This document shows, one piece after another, positions 39,109-47,981 of a stretch of DNA of 64,000 nt. Position 1 is the stretch's first letter; every line of letters begins with the position of its first letter. The stretch is from the IMG/VR virus record IMGVR_UViG_3300024346_000004, one strand, 5' to 3'. The DNA comes from a virus (lineage: Duplodnaviria > Caudoviricetes). The notes beneath the pieces were generated by a model, which was given only the letters and a program-made list of their open reading frames with translations, did not search any database and was not told where the DNA came from. Made by a program: the position numbers and the translations under genes.

Positions 39109-40366
39109 GCATAAACTCCTGGTATCTAACTACTTCATATTCTTGCAACGAATGACTATAGATATTATCACCAATACAAATAAAACCGATAACATTTGCA
39201 GCTAAAACACTTTCTAAATTAGCTTTACTACATATGACAAAAGGATTCTTCACTGCGCCATATTTTCTTAAAACTAAATATTTTTCTAAATTATTATATT
39301 GTTCCATAAGTGTTTCATTAAGCGTAACTCCTACTTCGAAATTACCACCTAATATATTCAAAACACTATATAAATATTTGATATCAATTTCACTAAAGAA
39401 AAACCAATCAACATCCTTATTATCTAACATTATATTTCTGTATATTGACATACTAGATTTATTACTATATAAATCATTAACTGTATGCTGATTAATCATA
39501 GTAAATTTAGATATAAATTTATAAGGACAAGTTATTTCTTTTCTATCTCTGTTAACTAATGCTTCCCAGTTATGAAGTGTATTAACCGCATCTTCATAAG
39601 TGACATCAAATTCAAGATCTATTAAAGTAGGCTTGATTAATAATCTTTTAAAAGGAGACAATAAGTTAAATTCTTTATTAGAGATACTTATTACTGGTTT
39701 ATTTTTTACATGTAACCAATAGATTAAGTTGTTTGGTAAAGTGATAATCAACTTAGCCTTCTCTGCAAATAAAGCTACACCTTCCGCACTACTGAATTTA
39801 TCCCTCAAATTAATGAAATTAGGGTACTTTATATCATTATATCCCTGATTACCTTGACCGATTAAAATTACTTTGTTATTAGGGAAAAATTCACATACTT
39901 CATTTAAAAATTCTGGCCAATATTTCCATTTATTTTCATCAGGAGTGGAATGATTAGAAGATGGTTGAAATAAAATAAAATCTTCGTAATCTGGTAAATA
40001 TTCATAAGCTCTTGATGAATAATTATATGTGTCTAATAATGATAAATCTTCACCGCCAGATACACTTAATTGAATTGATGTATATTCTCTATCTTGTGGC
40101 AAATTAAAATAAACTTTGTATTCTTTTATTTGTGTTTCTGTTTTCCAAGGAGAACATAGATTTACAAAACTCTGCCAATAAATAGATTCTGCGGGTGTGA
40201 ATAAATAATGCTCACAATTATCAACGAAATCTTGAGCTAAAATAAATTCTTTTAGTTCTGGAAATGGACCTAAAAGAATAATATTTCTAATGTTTCTTCT
40301 TTTAGCATTGGACAGGGAAACAAATACATCTCCCCATCCTCCACCAGTAATACCCCAATTATCCAT
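39086..40366 (-). CDS. glycosyltransferase (GT9-like)
   Basis: GGWGD, ILFQP, NKWKYW, VILIG, INLRDK. Confidence 0.55.
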   Translation of the reverse strand: MDNWGITGGGWGDVFVSLSNAKRRNIRNIILLGPFPELKEFILAQDFVDNCEHYLFTPAESIYWQSFVNLCSPWKTETQIKEYKVYFNLPQDREYTSIQLSVSGGEDLSLLDTYNYSSRAYEYLPDYEDFILFQPSSNHSTPDENKWKYWPEFLNEVCEFFPNNKVILIGQGNQGYNDIKYPNFINLRDKFSSAEGVALFAEKAKLIITLPNNLIYWLHVKNKPVISISNKEFNLLSPFKRLLIKPTLIDLEFDVTYEDAVNTLHNWEALVNRDRKEITCPYKFISKFTMINQHTVNDLYSNKSSMSIYRNIMLDNKDVDWFFFSEIDIKYLYSVLNILGGNFEVGVTLNETLMEQYNNLEKYLVLRKYGAVKNPFVICSKANLESVLAANVIGFICIGDNIYSHSLQEYEVVRYQEFMHGRRIKN

Positions 40367-41282
40367 TTAAGATTTCTAATTTAGTAGCATGAATTACAGG
40401 ACGAACTAAAGTTAATTTCATAGCTTCATCTCTCATTACTTCATCTGTAAAATCTGCTTCGGACTTTACAGAATCAGTGTGGACAATTAATCTAAATCCC
40501 GCATCCTTGATTAGTTTTTGATATAGATAAAGAAGAGATGCGGATTTATTTTCTAAGACAAAGAAAGCCTTAAGATGAGAAGATAACCATTCTTGACCAC
40601 ATATTCCATCGCTCTTTGTAACAACCCAGTTCTCAGGATGCAAAAGAGCTAAATCATATCTAGTATCTAAAGATTTTACAGATTGGACAGCTGTTTCATC
40701 ATTAGTAGCTTTAATAACAACTTCTCCATTGAAGAAATCAATAATATTTTTAATACTAGACAATGGTTCTGAAATTGATCTCTTGTAAATATCCAAAGCA
40801 GAATCAAGAATGTTTTGTGCTTCTTCTAATTTATTTTCATCTAATAACTCAAGAAGTTTATAATGATCATCTAATCTTCCTGCTAGTGATTTAATATATT
40901 CTTCTACTTCTAATTCAGACATATAAATCATAGGGGATTCAGAATTATTAATTAGCTTAGGCTCTACAACACTAAATTTACATTCTGATTCAATTTGTAT
41001 TCTAAAATATCCCCAAGCTGCATGATCAATATTTAGAAATAATTCATGATGCAGATTACCGTTTTCAGCAAATAAATCTGTAGGAACAATCTGAAATGGG
41101 TTGTGTACATTAGTATCGCAAAGTCCTAGATTTACTGTTAAACCAGCTAATCTTTGTGCAATATGTACGAGATTTTTATTATCGTCAATCCAAGAGTAAA
41201 TACCAGCAGTTAGAGCTTTTTCAGTATCTATGGATTGACTATTCTTTTTCTTGAAGCTTACGCCATTACTAATATTGTTCAT
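40359..41282 (-). CDS. hypothetical protein
   Basis: 307 aa; TATAAT 6 nt upstream of the ATG. Confidence 0.65.
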   Translation of the reverse strand: MNNISNGVSFKKKNSQSIDTEKALTAGIYSWIDDNKNLVHIAQRLAGLTVNLGLCDTNVHNPFQIVPTDLFAENGNLHHELFLNIDHAAWGYFRIQIESECKFSVVEPKLINNSESPMIYMSELEVEEYIKSLAGRLDDHYKLLELLDENKLEEAQNILDSALDIYKRSISEPLSSIKNIIDFFNGEVVIKATNDETAVQSVKSLDTRYDLALLHPENWVVTKSDGICGQEWLSSHLKAFFVLENKSASLLYLYQKLIKDAGFRLIVHTDSVKSEADFTDEVMRDEAMKLTLVRPVIHATKLEILNG

Positions 41283-41301
41283 AGATATATTATACAGAGT
41301 T

Positions 41302-41336
41302 AAAAAGGAATGAGCAAGGTTAGACTTACCTTGCTC
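41302..41336 (-). terminator. intrinsic terminator closing the large ncRNA
   Basis: minus strand gagcaaggt-aagtcta-accttgctc followed by attccttttt. Confidence 0.65.
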
Positions 41337-42047
41337 TTATGATCTATTTAATGGGATTACATCACTCGCAAATATGATTTGCCCATTTGTCCACTATTAC
41401 TAGTAAGATCATACAGTGTCCTATTTATACTGGAGGCGGCCCAGTCTAATGTTGGTTTCCTAGTTATATCAGAACGTATACTCAATTGCGATGAATAAGG
41501 TTCTGAATTAAGATTTACACTTTTTTATTTATAGTTCCTGAATGTATTTCTTAAATGTTTCGACAGTCACTGCTTACTTCCAACACGAAACGAGTCTATT
41601 TATGGGTTACTAAATACGCTGATATTGCGATTACATACCCTACTCTACAAGAATGTGCTCGTTTTGTCACTTCTTCACAGAAATATGACACATTCCATGC
41701 CTTTCACTTTCACGAAGTTACCAGGCGTGATTTTGAGATTAATACGACTGTTATATCGTTTCACCTCTAATCATGCATAAAAGCCTTTTGCCGTGTACAT
41801 CAGACCTTTATACTACTCTTACTCTTCAGATTTCGATGTTCGCACAAATTAAGTATGATTGCTGCCACCTTAATTTACATCTTCAATCATAGTTCCACAT
41901 TCTATTGCAAAACCTTAGAGAGATGAGCTTGCTTGAATGACCCTGAGTTGGGCGGGAGCTGTAGAGAATAGCTTTATCCCTTTTTTCACACTCTACTATC
42001 TTACGATGTCAAGCCACCGAGAATCACTTATTCAATTTTCAAAGTAC
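41302..42047 (-). ncRNA. large structured non-coding RNA (~740 nt), GOLLD/ROOL size class, family unassigned
   Basis: only long gene-free gap in the window; visibly more GC-rich; TATAAT at 42054-42059 (minus); many nested helices, GNRA loops, G-U pairs mostly favouring the minus strand; terminator at the 3' end. Confidence 0.7.
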
Positions 42048-42081
42048 AACACTATTATACATTATTCTTATTAAAATGCAT

Positions 42082-42429
42082 CTACACTTTTAAATGTTTT
42101 TTGCTATTAACACGAACAATATATTCGCTCCATCGTCTAGCCTCTTCTCCTCCGTACATTTTCCAAATCCAAGCTTCTTTTCTTTCTGGATCTGAAGGTA
42201 TTCTAAATCTATTCTTAGCAGTGTATTCGTGAATATCAATAATATCTGATAACTTCATCATATTTTGCATTGCTAATATTCTAGATAATTCCAACTGTTT
42301 TGAAGAACAATAATTTCTATTATTTCTTCCCCAATCATAACCTTCTTGAGCAATTTTTTGAACATTAGATGGAACAATGAATTTTTCAGATAAATTTTCC
42401 GCTGTTCTATAGAGCTTATTATTGTACAT
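42082..42429 (-). CDS. conserved phage hypothetical protein
   Basis: VPSNVQKIA..W.MYGG..A.RWS; N-terminal LYRTAE. Confidence 0.65.
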   Translation of the reverse strand: MYNNKLYRTAENLSEKFIVPSNVQKIAQEGYDWGRNNRNYCSSKQLELSRILAMQNMMKLSDIIDIHEYTAKNRFRIPSDPERKEAWIWKMYGGEEARRWSEYIVRVNSKKHLKV

Positions 42430-42438
42430 ATTGTTATT

Positions 42439-42492
42439 TTCTAGAAGAATGTTATATTACCTTTTAAAGGTTCATATATTATTGTAGAAGAA
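42439..42492. promoter_or_regulatory. back-to-back putative phage-specific promoters
   Basis: minus AGG-N16-TAGAA (42439-42462); plus AGG-N17-AAGAA (42468-42492). Confidence 0.55.
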
Positions 42493-42525
42493 ATATTAGA
42501 TTATATTGTTTTTGGAGATTTAGAA

Positions 42526-42828
42526 ATGCTTAATAAATTAGCTTCTATTGCTAACGATTTAGATAATTATGGTATGTACAAGGAAGCGAATGAAATCACT
42601 TCTGTAATGAAGAGACTGTCCGGAATTTTTGATAAAAACGAAGATGTTGATTATCTTGCCATGGCTCATGCACTTAATAATGTTGCTAAAAATGAAGGTT
42701 GGCAAAACTTTAGAGAAAATTATTATGTTGATGGCCAATTCAAAGCTCAACAGTTAGCTAGAGAATTAGAACAAGTAAAAGCAAAAAATCTTTCTGAAGC
42801 GGAAGAAATGCTTAGATCGGAAGAATAA
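42526..42828 (+). CDS. hypothetical protein with shared N-terminal leader
   Basis: MLNKLASIANDLDNYGMYKEANEITSVMKRLS. Confidence 0.7.
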   Translation: MLNKLASIANDLDNYGMYKEANEITSVMKRLSGIFDKNEDVDYLAMAHALNNVAKNEGWQNFRENYYVDGQFKAQQLARELEQVKAKNLSEAEEMLRSEE

Positions 42829-43416
42829 ATGGCTACTATTGAAGATTTAGCAGATTTAGCATTAGAATTAGATAATAATAGTGCTCATAGATTAGCAGAT
42901 AAAATTACTTTAGCAATGAACAAATTTGCTAATGAAGATTGGGACCATGAATACGATATGGTCAGAAATGAAATGGAAACTGCTAAAAGAGCTATTGAAG
43001 GCATTGAAGATGTAGTGGGCGAAGATGGCGAAGGGAATTTGATGGCTTGGGTACAGTCTAAAATTTCTAATGCTGTTCAAATGCTAAAAGGTGTCTCTGA
43101 TTATTTAGTCAGCGAAGAAACTGTTGGTCAGAAAACAGCTGCTAAAAATGATGGCAAGAAACTAAACAAGCCTTTCAGAACTCCGGGTGGTCCTAAAAAG
43201 TTCTCTGTTTATGTAAAGAACGATAAGGGTAATATCATTAAGGTTAATTTTGGCTCGCCAGACATGGAAATTAAAAGAGACGACCCAGAACGTAGAAAAA
43301 ATTTCAGAGCCAGGCATAATTGTGACAATCCAGGTAAAAAGTGGAAAGCTCGTTGGTGGTCATGTCGCAATTGGGAAGCTGGGAGATCTGTATCTGACAA
43401 TCTTAAGGGTAAATAA
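42829..43416 (+). CDS. leader-bearing protein with basic C-terminal domain (DUF6321-like)
   Basis: KLNKPFRTPGGPKKFSVYVK..VNFG..RRKNFRARHNC..WSC. Confidence 0.7.
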   Translation: MATIEDLADLALELDNNSAHRLADKITLAMNKFANEDWDHEYDMVRNEMETAKRAIEGIEDVVGEDGEGNLMAWVQSKISNAVQMLKGVSDYLVSEETVGQKTAAKNDGKKLNKPFRTPGGPKKFSVYVKNDKGNIIKVNFGSPDMEIKRDDPERRKNFRARHNCDNPGKKWKARWWSCRNWEAGRSVSDNLKGK

Positions 43417-44195
43417 TGAGAAAGTTTCATTATTTATATAAAATTACTAACAATATCAATGGTAAATATTATATTGGAAGACATTCAACAGATAATATAA
43501 ATGATGATTATTTTGGGAGTGGCATTGGAATTATCAATGCAATCAATAAATATGGCAAAGAAAATTTCAGTAAAGAAATTTTATATCAATGCGAAACTAC
43601 AGAAGAGCTTTGGGATCTCGAAAGAAAAGTTGTAAATGCTGAAGTTGTAAATGATAAAAATTCCTACAATATGGCATTTGGCGGCGGAAATCATTTGAAA
43701 GAAATGAAACAAAATGATTATAAATCATTTTTAGAACATCAAAGTAATGCCGGTAAAAAAGGCGGTAAAGCTATAATTGAAAAATATGGAAAAGAATGGC
43801 ATGCAAAAGGTGGTGCTAAATCTAGAAGTATTTTAAATGCCAAATTTTTATACCATTTGATAACTCCAAATAATGATGTTATTGAATTGAGTGCATTAAA
43901 TTTACGAACATATTGTGAACAAAATAATCTCAATTATCAAACTCTCATCAGTAATCAAGATAAAACTTTTTCAAAAGGCTCATGTGCAGGGTATTGTTTG
44001 ATTAACATATCTAAGCCTTATGAAAATAAAACAGATAAAAAAGTATATATCCAAAATGCTCTAAACAGACCAAGATATACCTGCCCTATTTGTGATAAAG
44101 ACAATCTTGACGGCTGAAATCTAACCATCCATATGACAGCAAAACATCTATGGACAAAAGAACAAGTTATAAACTTTAAAAATAGTACAAAGTAG
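43416..44195 (+). CDS. GIY-YIG homing endonuclease; in-frame TGA at 44115-44117 interrupts a C-terminal zinc finger
   Basis: YLYKITNNINGKYYIGRH, YFGSG, NSYN; frame continues 25 codons past the TGA to a TAG ending at 44195. Confidence 0.8.
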
Positions 44196-44204
44196 AATAT
44201 TTTA

Positions 44205-45011
44205 ATGAATTACAAGCAATACCTTAAACTAGCATCAAATTTAGATAAGACTGGTCAATATAAAAGATCAGATTATATTTTTAACTTGGTTTTATCACAA
44301 ACACAAGATGATGAAGAAAATTACGATGACGAAGATGATTTAGAAGATGATGACAATACTCCTCATGAGATAATTCATCCGACACCTGTATTTTTTAATG
44401 CTGCCACTAATCAACCAGTAATGCATGAAGGAAAATATTTAGCAGCTTTACCTTTTGATCAAGATCTTCCTGAAATAAGAGGAAAAGTTAAAGCTATGAC
44501 TGGTTTAGAAAATCTAACAATTGTCAGAATACCAGTAAATATTTTAATTGTTGAATGGGTGCGTTCAGAATCAGATGCTCGCAAAACTCAAGAATTAGAA
44601 GATGCTTTAGCTTCCGGAATAGAAGATATTGGTGATTTCGGATTCTTGTTAATGATCAATGAAAACATTTTAGATGTCAAAGGTAAAGATTTAGTCTTTT
44701 CTTCTGAATCTGATGCATATGGTTTTGGAAGAGTTATAGCTGAACATTATAAAAGAGCCGGTAGAGAGATGGAAATATCTGTTGCTCCTGTCGCAGTGTC
44801 TTTAATGGATGCAAAAGAAGAAGGAATGTCATTGCCTGAAATGTATGGTGATGATGAATTTATCTTTGTTAGCAATTCATCATTCAAAGCTACTGAAATA
44901 CCAGAAACTATGGCTGATTTGAAAGATGAATTATTCCATTTATCAATGGTAAGAACATATACAGTTGATAGACTACAAAGAGAAAAACTCGGCGACTATG
45001 ATTTTGAATAG
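44205..45011 (+). CDS. acidic protein with shared N-terminal leader
   Basis: MNYKQYLKLASNLDKTGQYKRSDYIFNLVLSQ then a D/E tract. Confidence 0.7.
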   Translation: MNYKQYLKLASNLDKTGQYKRSDYIFNLVLSQTQDDEENYDDEDDLEDDDNTPHEIIHPTPVFFNAATNQPVMHEGKYLAALPFDQDLPEIRGKVKAMTGLENLTIVRIPVNILIVEWVRSESDARKTQELEDALASGIEDIGDFGFLLMINENILDVKGKDLVFSSESDAYGFGRVIAEHYKRAGREMEISVAPVAVSLMDAKEEGMSLPEMYGDDEFIFVSNSSFKATEIPETMADLKDELFHLSMVRTYTVDRLQREKLGDYDFE

Positions 45012-45024
45012 AAAGCATAAATAG

Positions 45025-45052
45025 AAAAGAGGACTGAAAAGTCCTCTTTTTT
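45025..45052. terminator. bidirectional terminator
   Basis: aaaagaggact-gaaa-agtcctctttt. Confidence 0.8.
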
Positions 45053-45561
45053 TATCTCACCAAATAATAGTCCCAATATTCGCTATCTTTTTCTTTATAT
45101 GAGCACAATAAATGATAAAAAGAATATACAGGCAGGTTAGGTTTAGAAAGTAGTCTCATTCCGCTTTTTTCTAGCGTTTTTCCAGCTTTCTTGATATTAC
45201 AGGATCTACAACAAGTGACAAGATTATCCCAAGTATGATTTCCACCTAAATGCCTGGGATAAACATGGTCTAAAGTTAAATCAATATTTCTAATACCGCA
45301 ATATTGACATGTGTAATTATCTCTGCCATAAATTCCACCTCTACTAACTTTAAAGCTGGTGTTATGTTTACGGCGGACATTGTGTTTTAATCTTATGACA
45401 GAAGGAACTGAGTAGCGATCACCATTACCAGAATAAAAATATTTATGATCCTTATAATGTAATGTTTCTGCTTTGTCATTTATAAGCAATTTAATAGCTC
45501 TAGGCAAATCACAAATATTTAAAGGTTCATAATCCAAATTAAGTAATAATACTCTGTTCAT
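45052..45561 (-). CDS. HNH endonuclease
   Basis: RDNYTCQYCG, LTLDHV.PR..GG, WDNLVTCC..CN..K. Confidence 0.9.
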   Translation of the reverse strand: MNRVLLLNLDYEPLNICDLPRAIKLLINDKAETLHYKDHKYFYSGNGDRYSVPSVIRLKHNVRRKHNTSFKVSRGGIYGRDNYTCQYCGIRNIDLTLDHVYPRHLGGNHTWDNLVTCCRSCNIKKAGKTLEKSGMRLLSKPNLPVYSFYHLLCSYKEKDSEYWDYYLVR

Positions 45562-45613
45562 AAAATTCTTTCAGATAGCATATTGTATACCAATATAATG
45601 GCAATGTCAAATA

Positions 45614-45638
45614 AGGTTACAAATAATTTTACATAGAA
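45614..45638 (+). promoter_or_regulatory. putative phage-specific promoter AGG-N17-TAGAA
   Basis: agg ttacaaataattttaca tagaa, 9 nt before ATG 45648. Confidence 0.6.
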
Positions 45639-45647
45639 AAAATAAGT

Positions 45648-45923
45648 ATGGATACTAATAACTTACTCAATGATTTAAATCATATCATTACATTACTGGA
45701 AAATGATGGAAATATTGTTGTTGCTAATGATTTACAAGATGTATTTGTAAAGATAGCAAAGAAGAAACCAGCAAAGAAAAATAATGTTCCTAATGATCCA
45801 GAACTTTATTCTCGTTGTAAATCAGAAGTAAAGAAGAAATTTAAAATTTGGCCTTCTGCTTATGGATCTGCAGCTTTGGTTCGCCTTTATAAACAAAGAG
45901 GCGGAACTTATAAAAAGAGTTAA
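45648..45923 (+). CDS. leader-bearing small basic protein (DUF5872-like N-part)
   Basis: leader ending VFVKIAK, then P.DPELY..K..K..WPSAYGS..LV..YK.RGG.Y. Confidence 0.65.
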   Translation: MDTNNLLNDLNHIITLLENDGNIVVANDLQDVFVKIAKKKPAKKNNVPNDPELYSRCKSEVKKKFKIWPSAYGSAALVRLYKQRGGTYKKS

Positions 45924-45928
45924 ATATC

Positions 45929-46306
45929 ATGAGTAAATGGATTAAAGTAGATGAAGATACTGAATTCACTAAAGAAGCTGATTTAAAAGATTGGTTTAAA
46001 GAAAAATGGGTAGATGTCTCAAGACCTAAGAAAAAAGGTAAGGGATATGAACCTTGTGGAAGAGGCGATACATCAAAAGGTAAAAAGCCTGTATGTACCC
46101 CTGCTAATAAGGCGAAAAACTTAACAGATAAAGAACGTAAAACTAGAATCCGCCAAAAAAGAAAAAAAGAAAAAGAACCTAATCCTGATAAAAAACCTAA
46201 CACCACCACATATACAGAAAATGCGGGTGGTAAATCTAATGTATCAAATAATCACAATATTAAATTTGTTGGTAGTACGATTGATCTTAACAACGAAAGT
46301 AAATAA
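45929..46306 (+). CDS. small basic protein (DUF5872-like C-part)
   Basis: LKDWFKEKWVD..PCGR..PVC.P; very Lys-rich. Confidence 0.65.
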   Translation: MSKWIKVDEDTEFTKEADLKDWFKEKWVDVSRPKKKGKGYEPCGRGDTSKGKKPVCTPANKAKNLTDKERKTRIRQKRKKEKEPNPDKKPNTTTYTENAGGKSNVSNNHNIKFVGSTIDLNNESK

Positions 46307-46308
46307 TC

Positions 46309-47502
46309 ATGCATCTTGTTTTTAAAAAATTAGCAGAAATTGAAAAGAAGAATTTATTTTCTTATGCAGATTATGTATTTAATAGAATAGCTCAAGTAGA
46401 TGTACCGGAAGAATTAGATGAGATTAGTAATGATATTGATACTGATTTATCTGATAATGAAATTGATCCTATAAAGTTAAATAAAATAAATCAATTAATA
46501 GAAGCTACAAAATTCCATTTATTATCTGTTGGAAATGATGCAAAAACCCCTAAAGGACTAAAATCAGGCTATATTACAGCTATTTTATATCTTGAACCAG
46601 GCGCATCTCAAATTTATAATATGGATGAATTTGATCAATATAAATTAGAGAATAAAAAATCAGGTCTAAGTACAACACAATTATGGGAAAAGTTTAAAAA
46701 AGATAATACACCTCATGCTACTAAAACAACCTGTACACATGCTTCTCCACAATGTTTAAAAGATTGTATTTATCACACAGGTAGAGGCGGGATTGATAAT
46801 GTTCAAGCTAGTAGAGAAATGAAAACTAGCAGAATGTTTCATCCAGCAACAAAAGATTTTTCAAATAAAATATTAGAAGTAGATATTAGAAATTTAATAT
46901 CCCTATGCCATAATCTAAATACAGTATTTGATTTAAATGTAAAGCCAGTAGTTAGGTTAAACGGAACCACTGATATTAACTGGGCTAAAGAAGCAGCACA
47001 TTTACATGAAAAATTTTCTGATGTAACATTCTATGATTATACTAAAGTTCCTAAATTTATGGATATGTATTTAAAAGGCCAAAATCCATATACAGGCAAG
47101 CCATTTAATCCTAACTATCATATGACATTCTCTAGATCTGAATCAAACAAATCACAAGCTCTTAACTTTCTTGAAAGAGGCGGTAATGTAGCTATTGTGT
47201 TTGATCAAATTCCAGATACTTTAACCTATCATGGAAAGACATACAGAGTTGTTAATGGAGATAGACATGACCTTAGATTTCTTGATGATATTGAAGGTGA
47301 AAAAATACCAGGAGAAGGTCTAGTTATTGGATTAAAATATAAAAGACCTATTGGAACAGAACGAAGACAAAAAAGAGTAGATAGACAAAAAGAAATTTCT
47401 CCATTATTTAAAAAGCTAAATATGGAATCCGAAGGTAGTAGTGTGCATGAAGAACCTTTTGTAATTATTACTAATGGAGAAAAGAATGTGGTAATCGGAT
47501 AA
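46309..47502 (+). CDS. Gp88-like protein with shared N-terminal leader
   Basis: TCTHASPQC..C..GRG, VRLNGTTDI, FYDYTK, NYHMTFSRSE, GDRHDLRF.D, VIGLK.K. Confidence 0.7.
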   Translation: MHLVFKKLAEIEKKNLFSYADYVFNRIAQVDVPEELDEISNDIDTDLSDNEIDPIKLNKINQLIEATKFHLLSVGNDAKTPKGLKSGYITAILYLEPGASQIYNMDEFDQYKLENKKSGLSTTQLWEKFKKDNTPHATKTTCTHASPQCLKDCIYHTGRGGIDNVQASREMKTSRMFHPATKDFSNKILEVDIRNLISLCHNLNTVFDLNVKPVVRLNGTTDINWAKEAAHLHEKFSDVTFYDYTKVPKFMDMYLKGQNPYTGKPFNPNYHMTFSRSESNKSQALNFLERGGNVAIVFDQIPDTLTYHGKTYRVVNGDRHDLRFLDDIEGEKIPGEGLVIGLKYKRPIGTERRQKRVDRQKEISPLFKKLNMESEGSSVHEEPFVIITNGEKNVVIG

Positions 47503-47504
47503 TT

Positions 47505-47954
47505 ATGAGTAAATGGATTAAAGTTTCACAAGTAAATACTACTTATGCATATTATATAAATACCGCTAAAAAGATGCTTATGTCAGGTGATAAAACTGGA
47601 GCGGATACTGTAATGAATCAAGCCTACGGGGATGCTAGACTAAGCGATCCGGAAAAAGCTTCTATAAAAGCTCAATATGCTAGTATGTTAAATACAAATA
47701 GAGATCTCGGTAACATGAGTAACCTGAGCGCTAATATTAATGTTGATCAAGTAGCTAATGATTTAATTGCTGGTATTGCTAAGAAAAATGGAATTGATTT
47801 GACCTCTCTTACTGATAGAGATCCTAAATATAATATTCTAGTTAGTGGTATTGCTAGAATGAATCCAAAAGATCAAAAAGTTGTGAATTTTGCTAATAAC
47901 AGATTACGACAAATTGTAATGGATAACTGGCAGAAACAAAAGCCTCAACAATAA
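47505..47954 (+). CDS. hypothetical protein with MSKWIKVSQ N-terminus
   Basis: 149 aa. Confidence 0.65.
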   Translation: MSKWIKVSQVNTTYAYYINTAKKMLMSGDKTGADTVMNQAYGDARLSDPEKASIKAQYASMLNTNRDLGNMSNLSANINVDQVANDLIAGIAKKNGIDLTSLTDRDPKYNILVSGIARMNPKDQKVVNFANNRLRQIVMDNWQKQKPQQ

Positions 47955-47957
47955 AAG

Positions 47958-47981
47958 AAAGCCTCCTTTTTAGGAGGCTTT
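47958..47981. terminator. bidirectional terminator
   Basis: aaagcctcct-tttt-aggaggcttt. Confidence 0.8.

Noticed and set aside
41555-41770. 71 aa plus-strand ORF inside the long gap
   Set aside because: No SD or recognisable motif; lies antisense within the structured RNA
41283-42081. CRISPR array, tRNA cluster or tmRNA in the non-coding gap
   Set aside because: No regularly spaced repeats, and no cloverleaf, T-loop or CCA-type ends recognised; a covariance-model search is still needed to exclude them formally
43416-44195. Group I intron hosting the GIY-YIG gene
   Set aside because: Flanking genes are intact and abut the ORF, leaving no room for an intron core; appears free-standing
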